A stretch of DNA of 64,000 bases from positions 2,232,001 through 2,296,000 of the forward strand of contig OX337233.1 of the NCBI GenBank assembly GCA_946965045.2, in the 5' to 3' direction. Each line of letters starts with the position of its first letter. Position 1 is the first letter of the stretch. Source of the stretch: Epithemia pelagica. Its lineage: Eukaryota; Protista; Bacillariophyta. The position numbers and the translations under genes are program-made. Below are positions 35,314 through 46,900 of the stretch, piece after piece. Under the pieces are notes generated by a model, which was not told the origin of the DNA, did not search any database, and saw only the letters and a program-made list of their open reading frames with translations.

Positions 35314-35683
35314 AAAGCAAAAACGGAAACACAGACACGGAAACAAAGAATCACGATGCAGGGCGTAACAATCAAACACACGACACAAAGCGTACACACG
35401 ACACGGAAAATTCAGTAGCAAAGCGAAATGCACCACGAAATTTCATGCCAAGACAAAACAGCAAAAAATCAAGAACGCGTGAGAAATTGGTGTGTAAAGT
35501 GGAGTGGAACGCGGACCAGGAAATCTGACGTACCTATCGAGACATCAAGCTAGAGACCACCTTGCAAAGGACATGCAAAAGAGCAAAAGCGATATCAATC
35601 TGTCAAAAAGAGTGATAGAATGGTAAGAGAAAGAGACAACAATCAAACAAGAATGCAACAACAAAAGCAAACGTACCGAAGAC

Positions 35684-38028
35684 TCAGTAGTGGTAGCCAC
35701 GGCCATATCCATGGCTGCCGCCATGGTGACGCAAACCACGGTGATGGTGATGGTGATGATGATGTGGAGGAGGTGGTGGAGTATATCCACCACCACGGTA
35801 GATATCACGGTAGTACGGCGGTGGTGGTGGTGATGGTGTGTATGGGCGGTGATGGTATCCGCGGGAAGATTGGTGGTGATGAGGATGATGATGATATGGT
35901 GGCGACTCAGATGGTGGAGGTGGGGAGTACCAGTTGTTGCGATGATAAGCAACACGATGGTGCTCCTCCACACGACAATCAACCCCGCGGTCTCAACTAC
36001 TGGTGTGGTGATACCCTCCGTGATGGGGCGTGGACGATGTCGAAGGTGGTGGTGGTTGCATGGACGTCGTGCTTGGGGGAGGAGCATGTTGCTCCGATGT
36101 TGATGGAGGTGGTGCTGGTGGCTGCACGACTCCGAGGGTTTGATGATGGTTGGAGGACTTGTAGTGGTTGTTGTTGTTTTCCATCGGAACCAGGGCCGTT
36201 GACGATGTCGTTGTTGGTGGTGGTTTCGTGGTCCCCCCCGTGCATGGAGGTGGGGCATGTTGTTCCAATGTTGATGCAGGTGGTGCTGGAGGTTGAAAGA
36301 CTGCAATGGTTGTTGTGGGTGGTGGTTGCACGGCCGTAATGGTGGTTGGATCTACCACCTGTTGTTCCACTGTTGACGACAGCGACGGTGGAATCGTCGT
36401 TGTCATGGTTGGTGGAGGTGGTGGTGGCACAGTCGCAATGCTTGGAGGCGGCGCATGTTGCTCCACAGTTGATGGACGTGGTGGTGGTGGCGGTGGCTGC
36501 GCTATGGCCACTGTCGTTGTTGCTGTTGTTGTTGCTGGTGGTGGAGGCCCAACTCCAGGTGGTGGTGGTTGTGTCACCACAGCATGGTCGCTAGGTGGTG
36601 GTGATGGCTTCGTAGAGGCAACTGAAACCAACAAGTGTGATGGAGAAATGACGAAAACAGTGAGAAACCACAATATAACAATCAACCAGAAGCCAACAAT
36701 CTACGTACCAACGATGGTGGAAGGCGGTGAAGTTTTCTTTTTCTTACGACAGTGAGAAAGAACTTCAAGAACCACATCCGATGACGACGACGACGACGAA
36801 GACGAGTAATCGATGGACTTCTTATTCGTCTTCTTCTTCTTCTTCTTCTTCTTCTTGCGTTTTTTCTTGGATTTCGTGTCTGTGACAAGAAGAGAAGACG
36901 GAATGAGATCGATGCAACCAAGAAAACAACAAAGCAACAATCAACTTACCATGGGTTTGCGACTTGGACGACTTGGATGGATTGTCGTCCAAGAGACGGA
37001 GGATTCGCGCCAATGAATCCTCGGCTTCGATGGACGAATCGTCGTCCTGTCTCTTGGCAGCCTTGAGCTGCTGCAACGCCTTGCGACGGCGAATCTTCTT
37101 CTTGGCCTTTTTCATAAAGGCATCAATGTCGGTGGAGGATGACGACAAGGACGAGGGGGATGAAGCGGTTTTTGACTCTTTCTTCTTGGATCCCTGTTCA
37201 TCTAAACATAATAGTAGAGTAGTTAGTAACAAAGTAGAAAGAGGGATTCATGCAATGAGTGTACGTACCATTCTTCGTGTTTTCTTTGTCGGCCTCGTCA
37301 ATCTTTTCGGGAGGACGGTACCAGTTGGCCGTGACGGTCCGAACTTGATTTTCAGCCGTGACGTCCTGGTACAGTACGTTGACTTCCGTCGACTTGTGAC
37401 GGGCAAAGGAATTCGACGCTTTCTGTGGCACTCCACAGTTGGCAACATTCGAGATGCCCGTGCGTCGACCAGTCCGAAACGTCACTTTTTCCGCGTTGTC
37501 GAACTTGCATTGGATGGCAAGTTGACGGGCGTTCCTATTCGGCCAGTTTACACCCAATCTACCCGCACACTTGAAGCCCGACCCATTGGCGTCGGTCTCT
37601 GAAGTTTCGCGGACCAACTCCGTCCAACCGAGGTGCTTCGCACCATCCTTGCGGTTCTTCAGGTGTTTCGCGGGTACCTGTTCTAGAAAAAACAAACCTT
37701 GCCACCCCGGCGGGTGGCCCACCTTCATGAGGTGCATCAAAATCTTGTACGTCGAGAATTTGTCGTCAGGATTCTTGATCACCATGTGCGTTGAGTCTTG
37801 CGTGTCGTTGACAGTTCTGTCGAAAGCCAGATTGTTCGTCGCGAGAGTCGAAGATTTTTCCAACACAGACTCACGCAAAATAATCGCAGGAAGACCAGCC
37901 AACAACCCAAACGATTTGTCTAGAGAATCTTTGAAAATCAGGTCAGATACTTTAAGTAATCTTATCTGGAGACAACAGCATGCAACAACCAAACTGTTAG
38001 ACAACAGCAACAACAACAATAACAATCG

Positions 38029-38083
<55 letters not shown>

Positions 38084-39309
38084 CTTACCTCAGGGCCTCG
38101 AAGGCCAAAATCTCGTGACGATTTGTGCACTCCCATGCTTAAGGCAAGAGAGTACTGACCTTCTTCGAACGGTCGAAGCTCTGGCTCACACGTCCGCATT
38201 TTTTCTTCATCGTCGAATGCCGTGGGTGCACGTTGGGGGAGGCGGCCGAATTTGGGACGGACGAGAGCGGCTCGGTTCCAGATGTCGGACAGGTAGCCAT
38301 GGTACGAGCCGAAACCATTGCGAAGATCACTCTGGGCGATGACGATGCCGTGAGTCTTGATCAAGGCAAAGATGTGATTTAGCATCTTCATGGTGGTGTT
38401 GGGTTGGAAGAACCACTTCGGATCTTCTACGTCGTCGGTCTCGGGGTTGAACCCACGCATTCGGTGGTTCACCAAGAAGACCATGATTGCACTATTCAAC
38501 AATGTCAACTTGGGGGGTGTCTTTGCACCACGCAAAGCAAGGAAGAGAAGAGGAGTGGGAATGTCAGCTCCACTCAGTTCATCAACATCTTGAACAATCT
38601 CCAGCAGGAAGTGCATCTCGTGATGCTTCTGAATGTACCCGAGAAACTTGTTCACCGACGCCGCCTTCTCCTTGTCGTATGACGCCTTGCATCCGGTGAG
38701 GTCACGGATGGTGAAGGTGTTATTGCCGTAGATGGTCGGCGACAGCCGGCAGTACTGCGCCCAGGCCGACAAAGATCGTGCTCGCGAGGAATCCATGGTG
38801 GGCGGGTTGAACGACACCTCGCCAATCTTCATGCTGTTCGACTCAGCATCCCAAGCCAGATGCTTCTTCTTCACTAGAGCTTGGGATACTAGCTTGGTAT
38901 CCACCAAGTTAGACTCAACTATCGTTGGAGCGTTGAGGAGAGCATCCGTCGCGTTCGGAAGAACTTCCGCCATGTTTTGTTGACGACGAGACGAGAGTGC
39001 GGGCACAGCCACATTGCTAAAGACACAATGAGGTTAGAAACGAGACAGAAAACAATAGTAAACAACACATTCTCAGACATAGGTTACTTACTTTGATTGC
39101 TCGGGTGCTTCTTGTCCTTGTTGACGAAGAGGAAGACGACGACGATTTTGGGAAGGAAGGTTCACATTCGACAAGGGTGGACGACTCTGGCGGCTATCGG
39201 GTGGACGGACTGGATTGCGGTATGGATTGACATTGTTGTTGGTGGGAATGTCGTTGTTTCTGTTGGCAGCCGCCCGCTCTATTTGGCGGCGAGATTGTCG
39301 AGTCGCCAT
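35684..39309 (-). CDS. Crypton/DUF3504-like tyrosine recombinase with long low-complexity C-terminal tail, 6 exons
   Basis: Exons 39309-39092, 39016-38089, 37965-37269, 37201-36950, 36879-36709 and 36621-35684 all join in phase through GT-AG introns (1068 codons). Motifs DDEEKMR...DFGLRGPEIRLLKVSDL, TFRTGRRTGIS, ARHKSTEVNVLY. One in-frame TGA at 35995-35993 in the tail. Confidence 0.85.
38030..38083. repeat. (CAA)18 microsatellite inside intron 2 of the tyrosine recombinase gene
   Basis: Pure CAA run, flanked by degenerate CAA units, within the 123-bp intron 37966-38088. Confidence 0.95.
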
Positions 39310-40012
39310 GGTCGGGCTGCGAAACGACAATAAAAAACGATGCACAATGAAAAATGAGAGTGAGGAAAGTGAAGACGGTGACACTTGCGACAATGTGCGG
39401 ATACGTAGGCTGCACGTAGGAATCAGTAGGAAACAAAACAGCGACTCGACCATGCGCGCGCGCACGGCAGGTGGATTGAAATTTTGGGAAGACGTCTGGA
39501 ACGAAAACACACGACAATGGTGGGAAACGCGGCGAAAACTTACCGTCTCTGTAGGATTTCCATGATCCAAGGGTCGGAACTACAGGTGCTGAAGTCGTCG
39601 GATGACCCAGTACAGTCGTGGTAGAGTTCCGAGCGGCGAAAGAGATTGCCATCCCATTCGTCTGTTGCATTGTCCTTGGTGACAAAGACGAGAGTTTCGC
39701 CCGAAGAGTCTGATGAGCAACTAGACGACGAAGACGAACTACAAAGATCTATTACATCAGGAGGGGTGCAAAGGTCTGTTTGGAAGCATGAGCAGCTCCT
39801 CCAGAAGGAGGAGGAGTCACCATGGTCGGTCGTCTTCCTTTTCGCATGATGTTGTTGTGTTGTTGTTGCACAAAATGTGTCGTCTGTACGAGAGAATCGT
39901 GGGATTGTCAGTTGGGGGGTGGGGGATGTAAGTAATAAATAGAAATTACTTATGTATTCCTGTGTCACGCCTATGTAAACAACACGATTTGTCCTAATTA
40001 CCTATTTGACTT

Positions 40013-40098
40013 ACGCGAGCCATCGGATTTGTTGCGCAAGCACGACAGTATGATGCAATTTGAGCAACGCGAGCAATCGGATGAGGTGCGCAAGCACG
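40013..40098. repeat. Pair of 32-bp direct repeats upstream of the recombinase gene
   Basis: ACGCGAGCCATCGGATTTGTTGCGCAAGCACG (40013-40044) vs ACGCGAGCAATCGGATGAGGTGCGCAAGCACG (40067-40098), 28/32 identical. Confidence 0.8.
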
Positions 40099-40255
40099 CA
40101 AGCAAGATACCTAACTAACAGTGTGCCGGCGCGAATGTAGAAAGCTAAATAGGCCAACGATTACTAAGTATCGATTGAGAGAAACGATCACTTAGGAAGA
40201 CCAAAAATTACCTAGGGTGCGCGGGCAGGACTCCTCGTGACAAAGGAAGCTAACA

Positions 40256-40467
40256 TACTTTAATAGCCCCGGGGGACTCCTCGTCGCAGGGCGCTCCTCG
40301 TGGCTTAACTCCTCGTCGGGCAATAGCTTCTCGTCGTGGACTGCCCCCTCGATCCGCTTACGCGGATCTCACAGGGGCAGTCCACTCCTCGTCGCTATTG
40401 CCCTTCTCGGAGTTAAGCCACTCCTCACACCCTAGCTTCTCCTCGTCCCAACCTGGCTATTAAAGTA
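40256..40467 (-). other. 212-nt rod-like hairpin (structured ncRNA or ssDNA element) with GNRA tetraloop and repeated tandem G.A internal loops
   Basis: Perfect stems 40256-68/40455-67 (13 bp), 40300-12/40409-21 (13), 40318-27/40394-403 (10), 40336-47/40374-85 (12) and 40351-57/40362-68 (7). Loop 40358-61 reads GUAA on the minus strand. Intervening loops are CTCCTCGTC-like on both arms. Confidence 0.85.
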
Positions 40468-40799
40468 GATTTACTACAGTTAGATCTCTAAGCCATTGTA
40501 ACGCGACGTCTCTAAGCTAGAGTAATGCGAAAGCCAATGTCTGGAAGAGAGCATACAGACTTGTTTTCAACTTTCCAGACCCCGAAGCGAAATCGACAAT
40601 ATAACGACGACAACATCAGAAAGCAACAATAGCACTCAACAAGATCGTGTTATAGGATTGAAATTTGCTTTCTGCACTTGCTATCCAAGCAGCTCTTTGT
40701 TATAGTAGGCCGCCAATCTTTCGCATACTGGAAGCTGCATTTTCTGCAGAAATTTCACCAAGATGACTGTTGGAGAACCACAGTAGGTACTTTTCCAGA

Positions 40800-43440
40800 C
40801 TACCCACCATTGATTCTATTCTCAAGAAGCTTCATCTGTGCATCTACATCAATGCTAGTCCCCTCTGTGCCTGGCTCTAAAGATCTCAGATCAAAAAGAG
40901 CAATTTCACCGTTTCGAATCCCTACATGTCGCCACCACAAGTCATTGTCATTGTACTTGAGCTTCTTGGATTTGAAATGTTCCAAGACATGGCGAATGTG
41001 AGGCAAACTCTTGCGCCTTGACTCAACATCAGTCAGAGGAGCAAAGTAAGGAAGGAGCAAACACCAAAGACCATGTAGCTGCCTTACATCCACGTCGTAC
41101 TTCCCTCCGTATAAAGATTTCCAATACTCCATTTCTACAAGGGCCTCTTTCTCGCGAGCTTCCAAATCGCTTTTGCGCCATTGTTGGCGTTCAAATGCAT
41201 ATTCGCGGGGTCCACCATGCGCTAGGCTATCCTTGATAATATAGAACTTGGCAACGCACGCTTCTCCAGTGGAATTGCAAATCAAATACGCCCTTCCATT
41301 GCTGCCTCTACCCAAGTCATTCAGCAAGTAGTAACTCTTGGTTGTTTTGTCCGGGGTGGTAAAGTAGTCCACTTTGATGTTTGAAGGTAAATCACCCCAT
41401 ATCATGCCGTTTTCATTTACACGAGCACGGGCAAAATTTGGCGTAGAACCTTGGAGGGGGATATGGCAAGGAGGCGACCTCATGCACGATTGTATCGCAC
41501 ATCGGACGGCAAACATCAATGCTATGAAAACTCTTTCCTGTGCTACAACTTTTGAGTAGTATAAGCAACGATTCCAATCACCGTCGTCATCGCTACTGGC
41601 GCCCTTCTTGGCGTCATCATCGATGCCGCAATCACAATCGCTGCTGGAAGATATGCCGACGTCGCTCTTCTGCGCCGTGGAAACAACAAGATTTGGTTTC
41701 CTTAAAGAGCTGCCAGGCGATGGCTCAGAATCATCTGTTTCTCCTTTCTTCAAAAACTTCTTTTCTTCGTCTAACCGATTTTCCATCACTTCCGCTACTT
41801 CCTGCATCAACGCTCGAGATTTTCCGGCATCGTCGAGGTGTGCGATCACCATTTCTTCGTAGGTTGTCAAGATCACAAACGGATAAGCGACACCCATTCC
41901 GAGCAAACCGACCAGGTAATCGTAGACTTGCCCCGCGACACTGTGTGATGTGAACACATCTGTTCCAGGTTTTTTTACTTTCACCACCAAAACGATTCCC
42001 ATAGTAGATTGAGACACAACGATGACGTCGGGACGGTAAGAGAACACCGAGATTTCCGGTCAAACCTTGAGGTACTTGTTGAGCCCCATTGCAAGCAAGA
42101 CATCTTGTAACAAACGCACCACATACATCTGAATTTCTGATTCGTTTTGATACACGAAAGCATTATCCTCGTATTCGCGGGGTCCACCATGCGCTAGGCT
42201 ATCCTTGATTAAGAACTTGGCAACGCACGCTTCTCCAGTGGAATTGCAAATCAAATACGCCCTTCCATTGCTGCCTCTACCCAAGTCATTCAGCAAGTAG
42301 TAACTCTTGGTTGTTTTGTCCGGGGTGGTAAAGTAGTCCACTTTGATGTTTGAAGGTAAATCACCCCATATCATGCCGTTTTCATTTACACGAGCACGGG
42401 CAAAATTTGGCGTAGAACCTTGGAGGGGGATATGGCGAGGAGGCGACCTTATGCACGATTGTATCGCACATCGGACAGCAAACATCAATGCTGTGAAAAC
42501 TCTTTCCCGTGCTACAACTTTTGAGTAGTATAAGCAACGATTCCAATCACCGTCGTCATCGCTACTGGCGCCCTTCTTGGCGTCATCATCGATGCCGCAA
42601 TCACAATTGCTGCTGGAAGATATGCCGACGTCGCTCTTCTGCGCCGTGGAAACAACAAGATTTGGTTTCCTTAAAGAGCTGCCAGGCGATGGCTCAGAAT
42701 CATCTCTTTTTCCTTTCTTCAAAAACTTCTTTTCTTCGTCTAACCGATTTTCCATCACTTCCGCTACTTCCTGCATCAACGCTCGAGATTTTCCGGCATC
42801 GTCGAGGTGTGCGATTACCATTTCTTCGTAGGTTGTCAAGATCACAAACGGATAAGCGACACCCATTCCGAGCAAACCGACCAGGTAATCGTAGACTTGC
42901 CCCGCGACACTGTGTGATGTGAACACATCTGTTCCAGGTTTTTTTACTTTCACCACCAAAACGATTCCCATAGTAGATTGCACAACGATGACGTCGGGAC
43001 GGTAAGAGAACACCGAGATTTCCGGTCGAACCATGAGGTAATCTTCGATCCCCATTGCAAGCAAGACATCCTCCAACACATGCATCGCATATCTCCGAAT
43101 TTCTGATTCGTTTTGATACACGAAACCATCGTTCTTCTTTAGTTGTAATAGCACAGATGAGGGACTATCGTCACTATATTCGGTCAAGATATTTTTGTCA
43201 TGCAAGAGCGGGAATGTCAACACATGCATTGGCGGGGCTACCATCAATGTTGTCTACCTCTCCCAAAATAGTCGCATCTTCGTGCCCCGTGTCTTCGGTA
43301 TGGGTACTACTTTGCAGGTCTTCGTTCGATCGATCGAGTGGTGGAATCACTGCGCCTCTTTCTTCCAAGAAGCTTTCAAGCGACATTTTGATTTTGATCC
43401 GTTGTTCCAGCTTCACACGCTTGAAGCCATGTTTTTTCAT
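40800..43440 (-). pseudogene. Crinkler-type REase-fold plus protein-kinase-like gene, internally duplicated and disrupted
   Basis: YQNESEI...RPDVIVV...VKVKKP (PD-(D/E)xK-like, with K in the Glu position), GQVYDYL, LGRGSNGRAY, VAKF, NDLWWRHVG...LFDL. Frameshift near 43200; TGA at 42062-42060. Confidence 0.7.
41200..43125. repeat. Tandem duplication, period about 970 bp, inside the REase-kinase gene
   Basis: 41200-42159 vs 42172-43125, offsets 972/969/966 owing to two 3-bp indels. Nearly identical except for a diverged segment of about 100 bp (42060-42171 vs 43026-43137). Confidence 0.95.
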
Positions 43441-43909
43441 AGTGACAAGCACTCAGAATGAACATTGGAGATTGGAGTTTGTTTCGCGCTCGGCATCATG
43501 ATATATTAGGGTACGAAAAAACTTCACTCATCCCACGGTGATGATGAAAAAAAAAAAGGGAGATCTATTATAACGCTGCCGCACGCACCCCGCAGCCAGA
43601 GGGGGGTGTTAGTTTCAAAAGGCAGCAATATGATTGGGTTAGAAATGTCGTTTCACAAAAAATCACTTAGGAAACAAATGTCGTTACAAGTGTCTTACCG
43701 TGTCCCGGGAACCCATCGAATCACGGACAAAAAACATGGAGGGAAGATTCCATCAGCCGATCCGGTCGGTCCTTCACGGTCGCCCATGGCATGGCCAAGT
43801 CGACCATTGCGACAAGTCCTCTTCTGACCATCTCATGACCCTTTTGAGCATGGTCAGAAGCCTGGAAAAGAGGATACACTTCAATAAGTTAGAATAACAA
43901 ATAGAGATC

Positions 43910-46900
43910 ATGAGTTCTGCAGCACAATTCACAGCAGCCAAGGCCATGAGGCCACAGTTGCAACGATACAGAAATCAGTACTCTCGTTGGCCAAAGACGA
44001 GTTCGAAGAAGCGTTCAGGTTGGAGAAAGATGGACCTTTTGGTCATCTTTGAGTCCGACATCGACTGCCCCATCTGCATGGCCAAGGCAAGAGGAATGGC
44101 CATCCCTCATCGCCTTCACCACCCCAGATGCAGCAAAAACACAACAACAAGGGGCAAGGGAATGAACGATGGAAGAGGAGCAGAGGTAGTGGCCTCAGAA
44201 AAGGCCCAGGCTGCCCATGCCAAAGCAATCCGCAAGCAACTTACCAGTGCAGAGAGATTGTCTGCCTCCAATGTCACACAGGAGGCACTCAACACTTTCA
44301 TGGAACATCGTCCCAATTGCTCGTCAAAAAAAGCAACAACAAGAGACGCTGAAAATGAAAAAAACACAATCAACTACGGAGACTATGGCAACGGAAAGTT
44401 CAACCGTTGGTGGCGAGGAAGGCGTGTATGTTTCAACAGCCGAAGATTTCAAGTTTGAGGTAATTACGCGTGTGACAGCAGTACCTACGGAGGTGCATGT
44501 CCCACGTGCTGTGCATGCGTTGGCGAGTTATGTGACCGACACGTGCCTTGGTTCTAAGCGTTGTGTTGAGAATTTGAAACCTTTCTTCACTAATATGACC
44601 GTTACTGTACCCCCCATTGCCGACAACACGAGTGCTTTGTACGACTCGATTGTGGGACAGGAACTCCTGGTTGTTGATTGGGAGCTGTTTTTCCCCAGTA
44701 ACCACTTGCGTTGTCCTTGTTGCCGGGGTAATCTCCAGCGTACGCGATCGAACTTTTCAAAAAACAAGTCCCTTTTCCCCATTTTCGCCATGTCTGGTCC
44801 CCCAAAGTATGCAATACTTATGGGATACAAGTGTGCCGGGTGCTCGGCTGCCTTCTATGCAAATGATGGAGAATTGCTCGCACGACTGCCTCCCTACATG
44901 GCTATGTGTTACCCAGTGGAACCCAAGTATGCTAGAGGAACATCGCATCTAGCTAAAGATGCTACGAGGATAATGGAAGCATCAATGGTAACCTATGGCA
45001 ATGGGGATTACATCAGTCGGATGCTATATGAAGGAATCAACACCTGCTATGAAGACAAGACTATGAGGTACTATTCTTATTGTGCTGCTACAGGAAAAGA
45101 ATCAGAAGACTACATGCAAAGGATGGTGAGTTTCTGGTTCGCTACCCACCTTTAGGCGAGACAATCCGCCAGCTATATGACGATGGAGCAAGCTCCGAAT
45201 GGCAACCCTGGATGGTGTCTGACAATGAGAGAAACACAAGAGAGATTCAAGGGGTTAGATGCCAGCACATGTTTGCTCACAACCACACCCACCAGGTAGT
45301 GAAAAATTATCCAAGACGCCTCAATGCAGCTGCAATGTGGACCATGGCAACAGAGGCAGGAGAAATTGCTTGTGCAGTGTTAGTGAACGACACATCAGCA
45401 CTCGAGTTTGCACATGCTGCGGAACAAGTGCTGAGACGTACCGGGTTTTGCCCCAAGGCCATGTACTCTGACACATGGCCTTGTGGCAAGGATTTTTGGT
45501 TGTTGTTGGTTGATGACTTGGAGGGCCGTCTTGGCCTTTTCCATTTCATACAGAGGATAACCAAGACGCTCAGACAACGGCACATTGACTTTGGGATAGC
45601 CATGAAGGATTTGTTGGATGCGATCTACGAGTACCATCCTGAAGACTTGGAGAAACTTGTTGGTTGTTTGAAAAATGGAACCATGTCAAGCTCCAAGAAA
45701 CAATTCACAGACGAAGAGATCAGTGAAATGATGGGAACCAAGACCTTTCGACAGAGGTACTCAAAGAACTTACGGAAGATTATTCGGGGTGGTGATACGA
45801 TTGTCCTCAAGTTGGAGGAGTGGAAGTGCAAATACAAGTGCACTTCCACTCCTGGCAAGCCACCAGCACGAGGCCGATTGGATCCACACTCCAATCAACC
45901 TCTTTTTACGGCCGAAACACATCAAGCACTGGAAAACTGTAAAGAGAAGGCAAAGTTCCTTGCTGATCCCTTGCCCGTGGAGAAAATGTATCGTGAGATA
46001 CCTCCATCACCAAGATCAAGCAACCAGCTAGTGCAGTACGTACCTTTGAGAGGAGAGAGTAAGCTCGAGAGCTTTCATGATAATTTGACGCATTTTGCCA
46101 ACTGTGGCATACGAGAAACTCTCGCAGATGCTTTGAATTTGGCAGGCACGGCCCAGTATAACAGGGCAATTCGTTCACAAAATGAGAATCATGACGAAGT
46201 CTCAAGAAGAACGTTCAGTGGTGCCTGCAGGATGGGAAATGGTGGTGAGTTTTGGTAACGCATGCAAAACAAACATGATCAATATACTTGCCTCGATGTC
46301 TGGAGCTTCTCGTCCTCCCTTTCCAGAGGTTGAGAAGCTTCCAGAAGATGCGGGAGAACGGTTTTTCTCCGAGTACCTGGAAACGAGAAAAGAAATCACG
46401 CAACAAGTTCCAAAGCATCCACTCAACGATCGATGCCAGTGCCGAAAATGTGCGAGCAACAAGAAGAGGTTGCTGCATGACACGTCCATTCCATTGTTGG
46501 GTTTGGCAGAGGAGGAGTCAGAGGTCGAAGATGAAATCCAACAACAGGACAGCGAGGAGAATCCAGCCAAAATACAACAACCACAGACACAGCCAGAAAC
46601 ACAACAACAGACACGGCAAGAAACACAACAACAGACACAACAACAAGAAACAGCACAAGCACAGGCAATCAGTAGCAATAAGAGAAAGGAAAGAGAGGGA
46701 GAAGAAAAAGAGAGCGACGATTTGGATGAGAACAACACCAGCAACAAAAAGCAAAAGGTTACAAACAACAGCGAAGCCTTACCAACAACAACAATGGCAG
46801 CAACAAATCAATCAGCAGCGACAGTGCAGGATCAACAACAACAACACAAAGAGCCTCAAAATGCAGCGAACAGCACACCTGCAATGGCAACAACAGCAAA

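Noticed and set aside
35545-36755. Several overlapping Val/Gly/His-rich ORFs on both strands
   Set aside because: Alternative frames of the low-complexity last exon of the recombinase gene.
37966-38088. Poly-Cys/poly-Leu stretch in the 604-aa ORF, or poly-Gln on the plus strand
   Set aside because: It is a 123-bp GT-AG intron with a CAA microsatellite. Splicing restores the motif GLRGPEIRLL.
39540-39968. 142-aa Ser-rich ORF upstream of the recombinase
   Set aside because: Low complexity, no motif, non-ATG start; might be element sequence but is not supportable as a gene.
40230-40450. CTCCTCGTC repeats read as a CRISPR-like array
   Set aside because: Repeats are only about 9 nt, and the spacers are complementary to one another, forming a hairpin. 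Eukaryotic context with no cas genes.
40187-43672. 12-mer ATCACTTAGGAA upstream of both the YR and kinase genes
   Set aside because: Several 12-mer matches are expected by chance within 14 kb; no supporting context.
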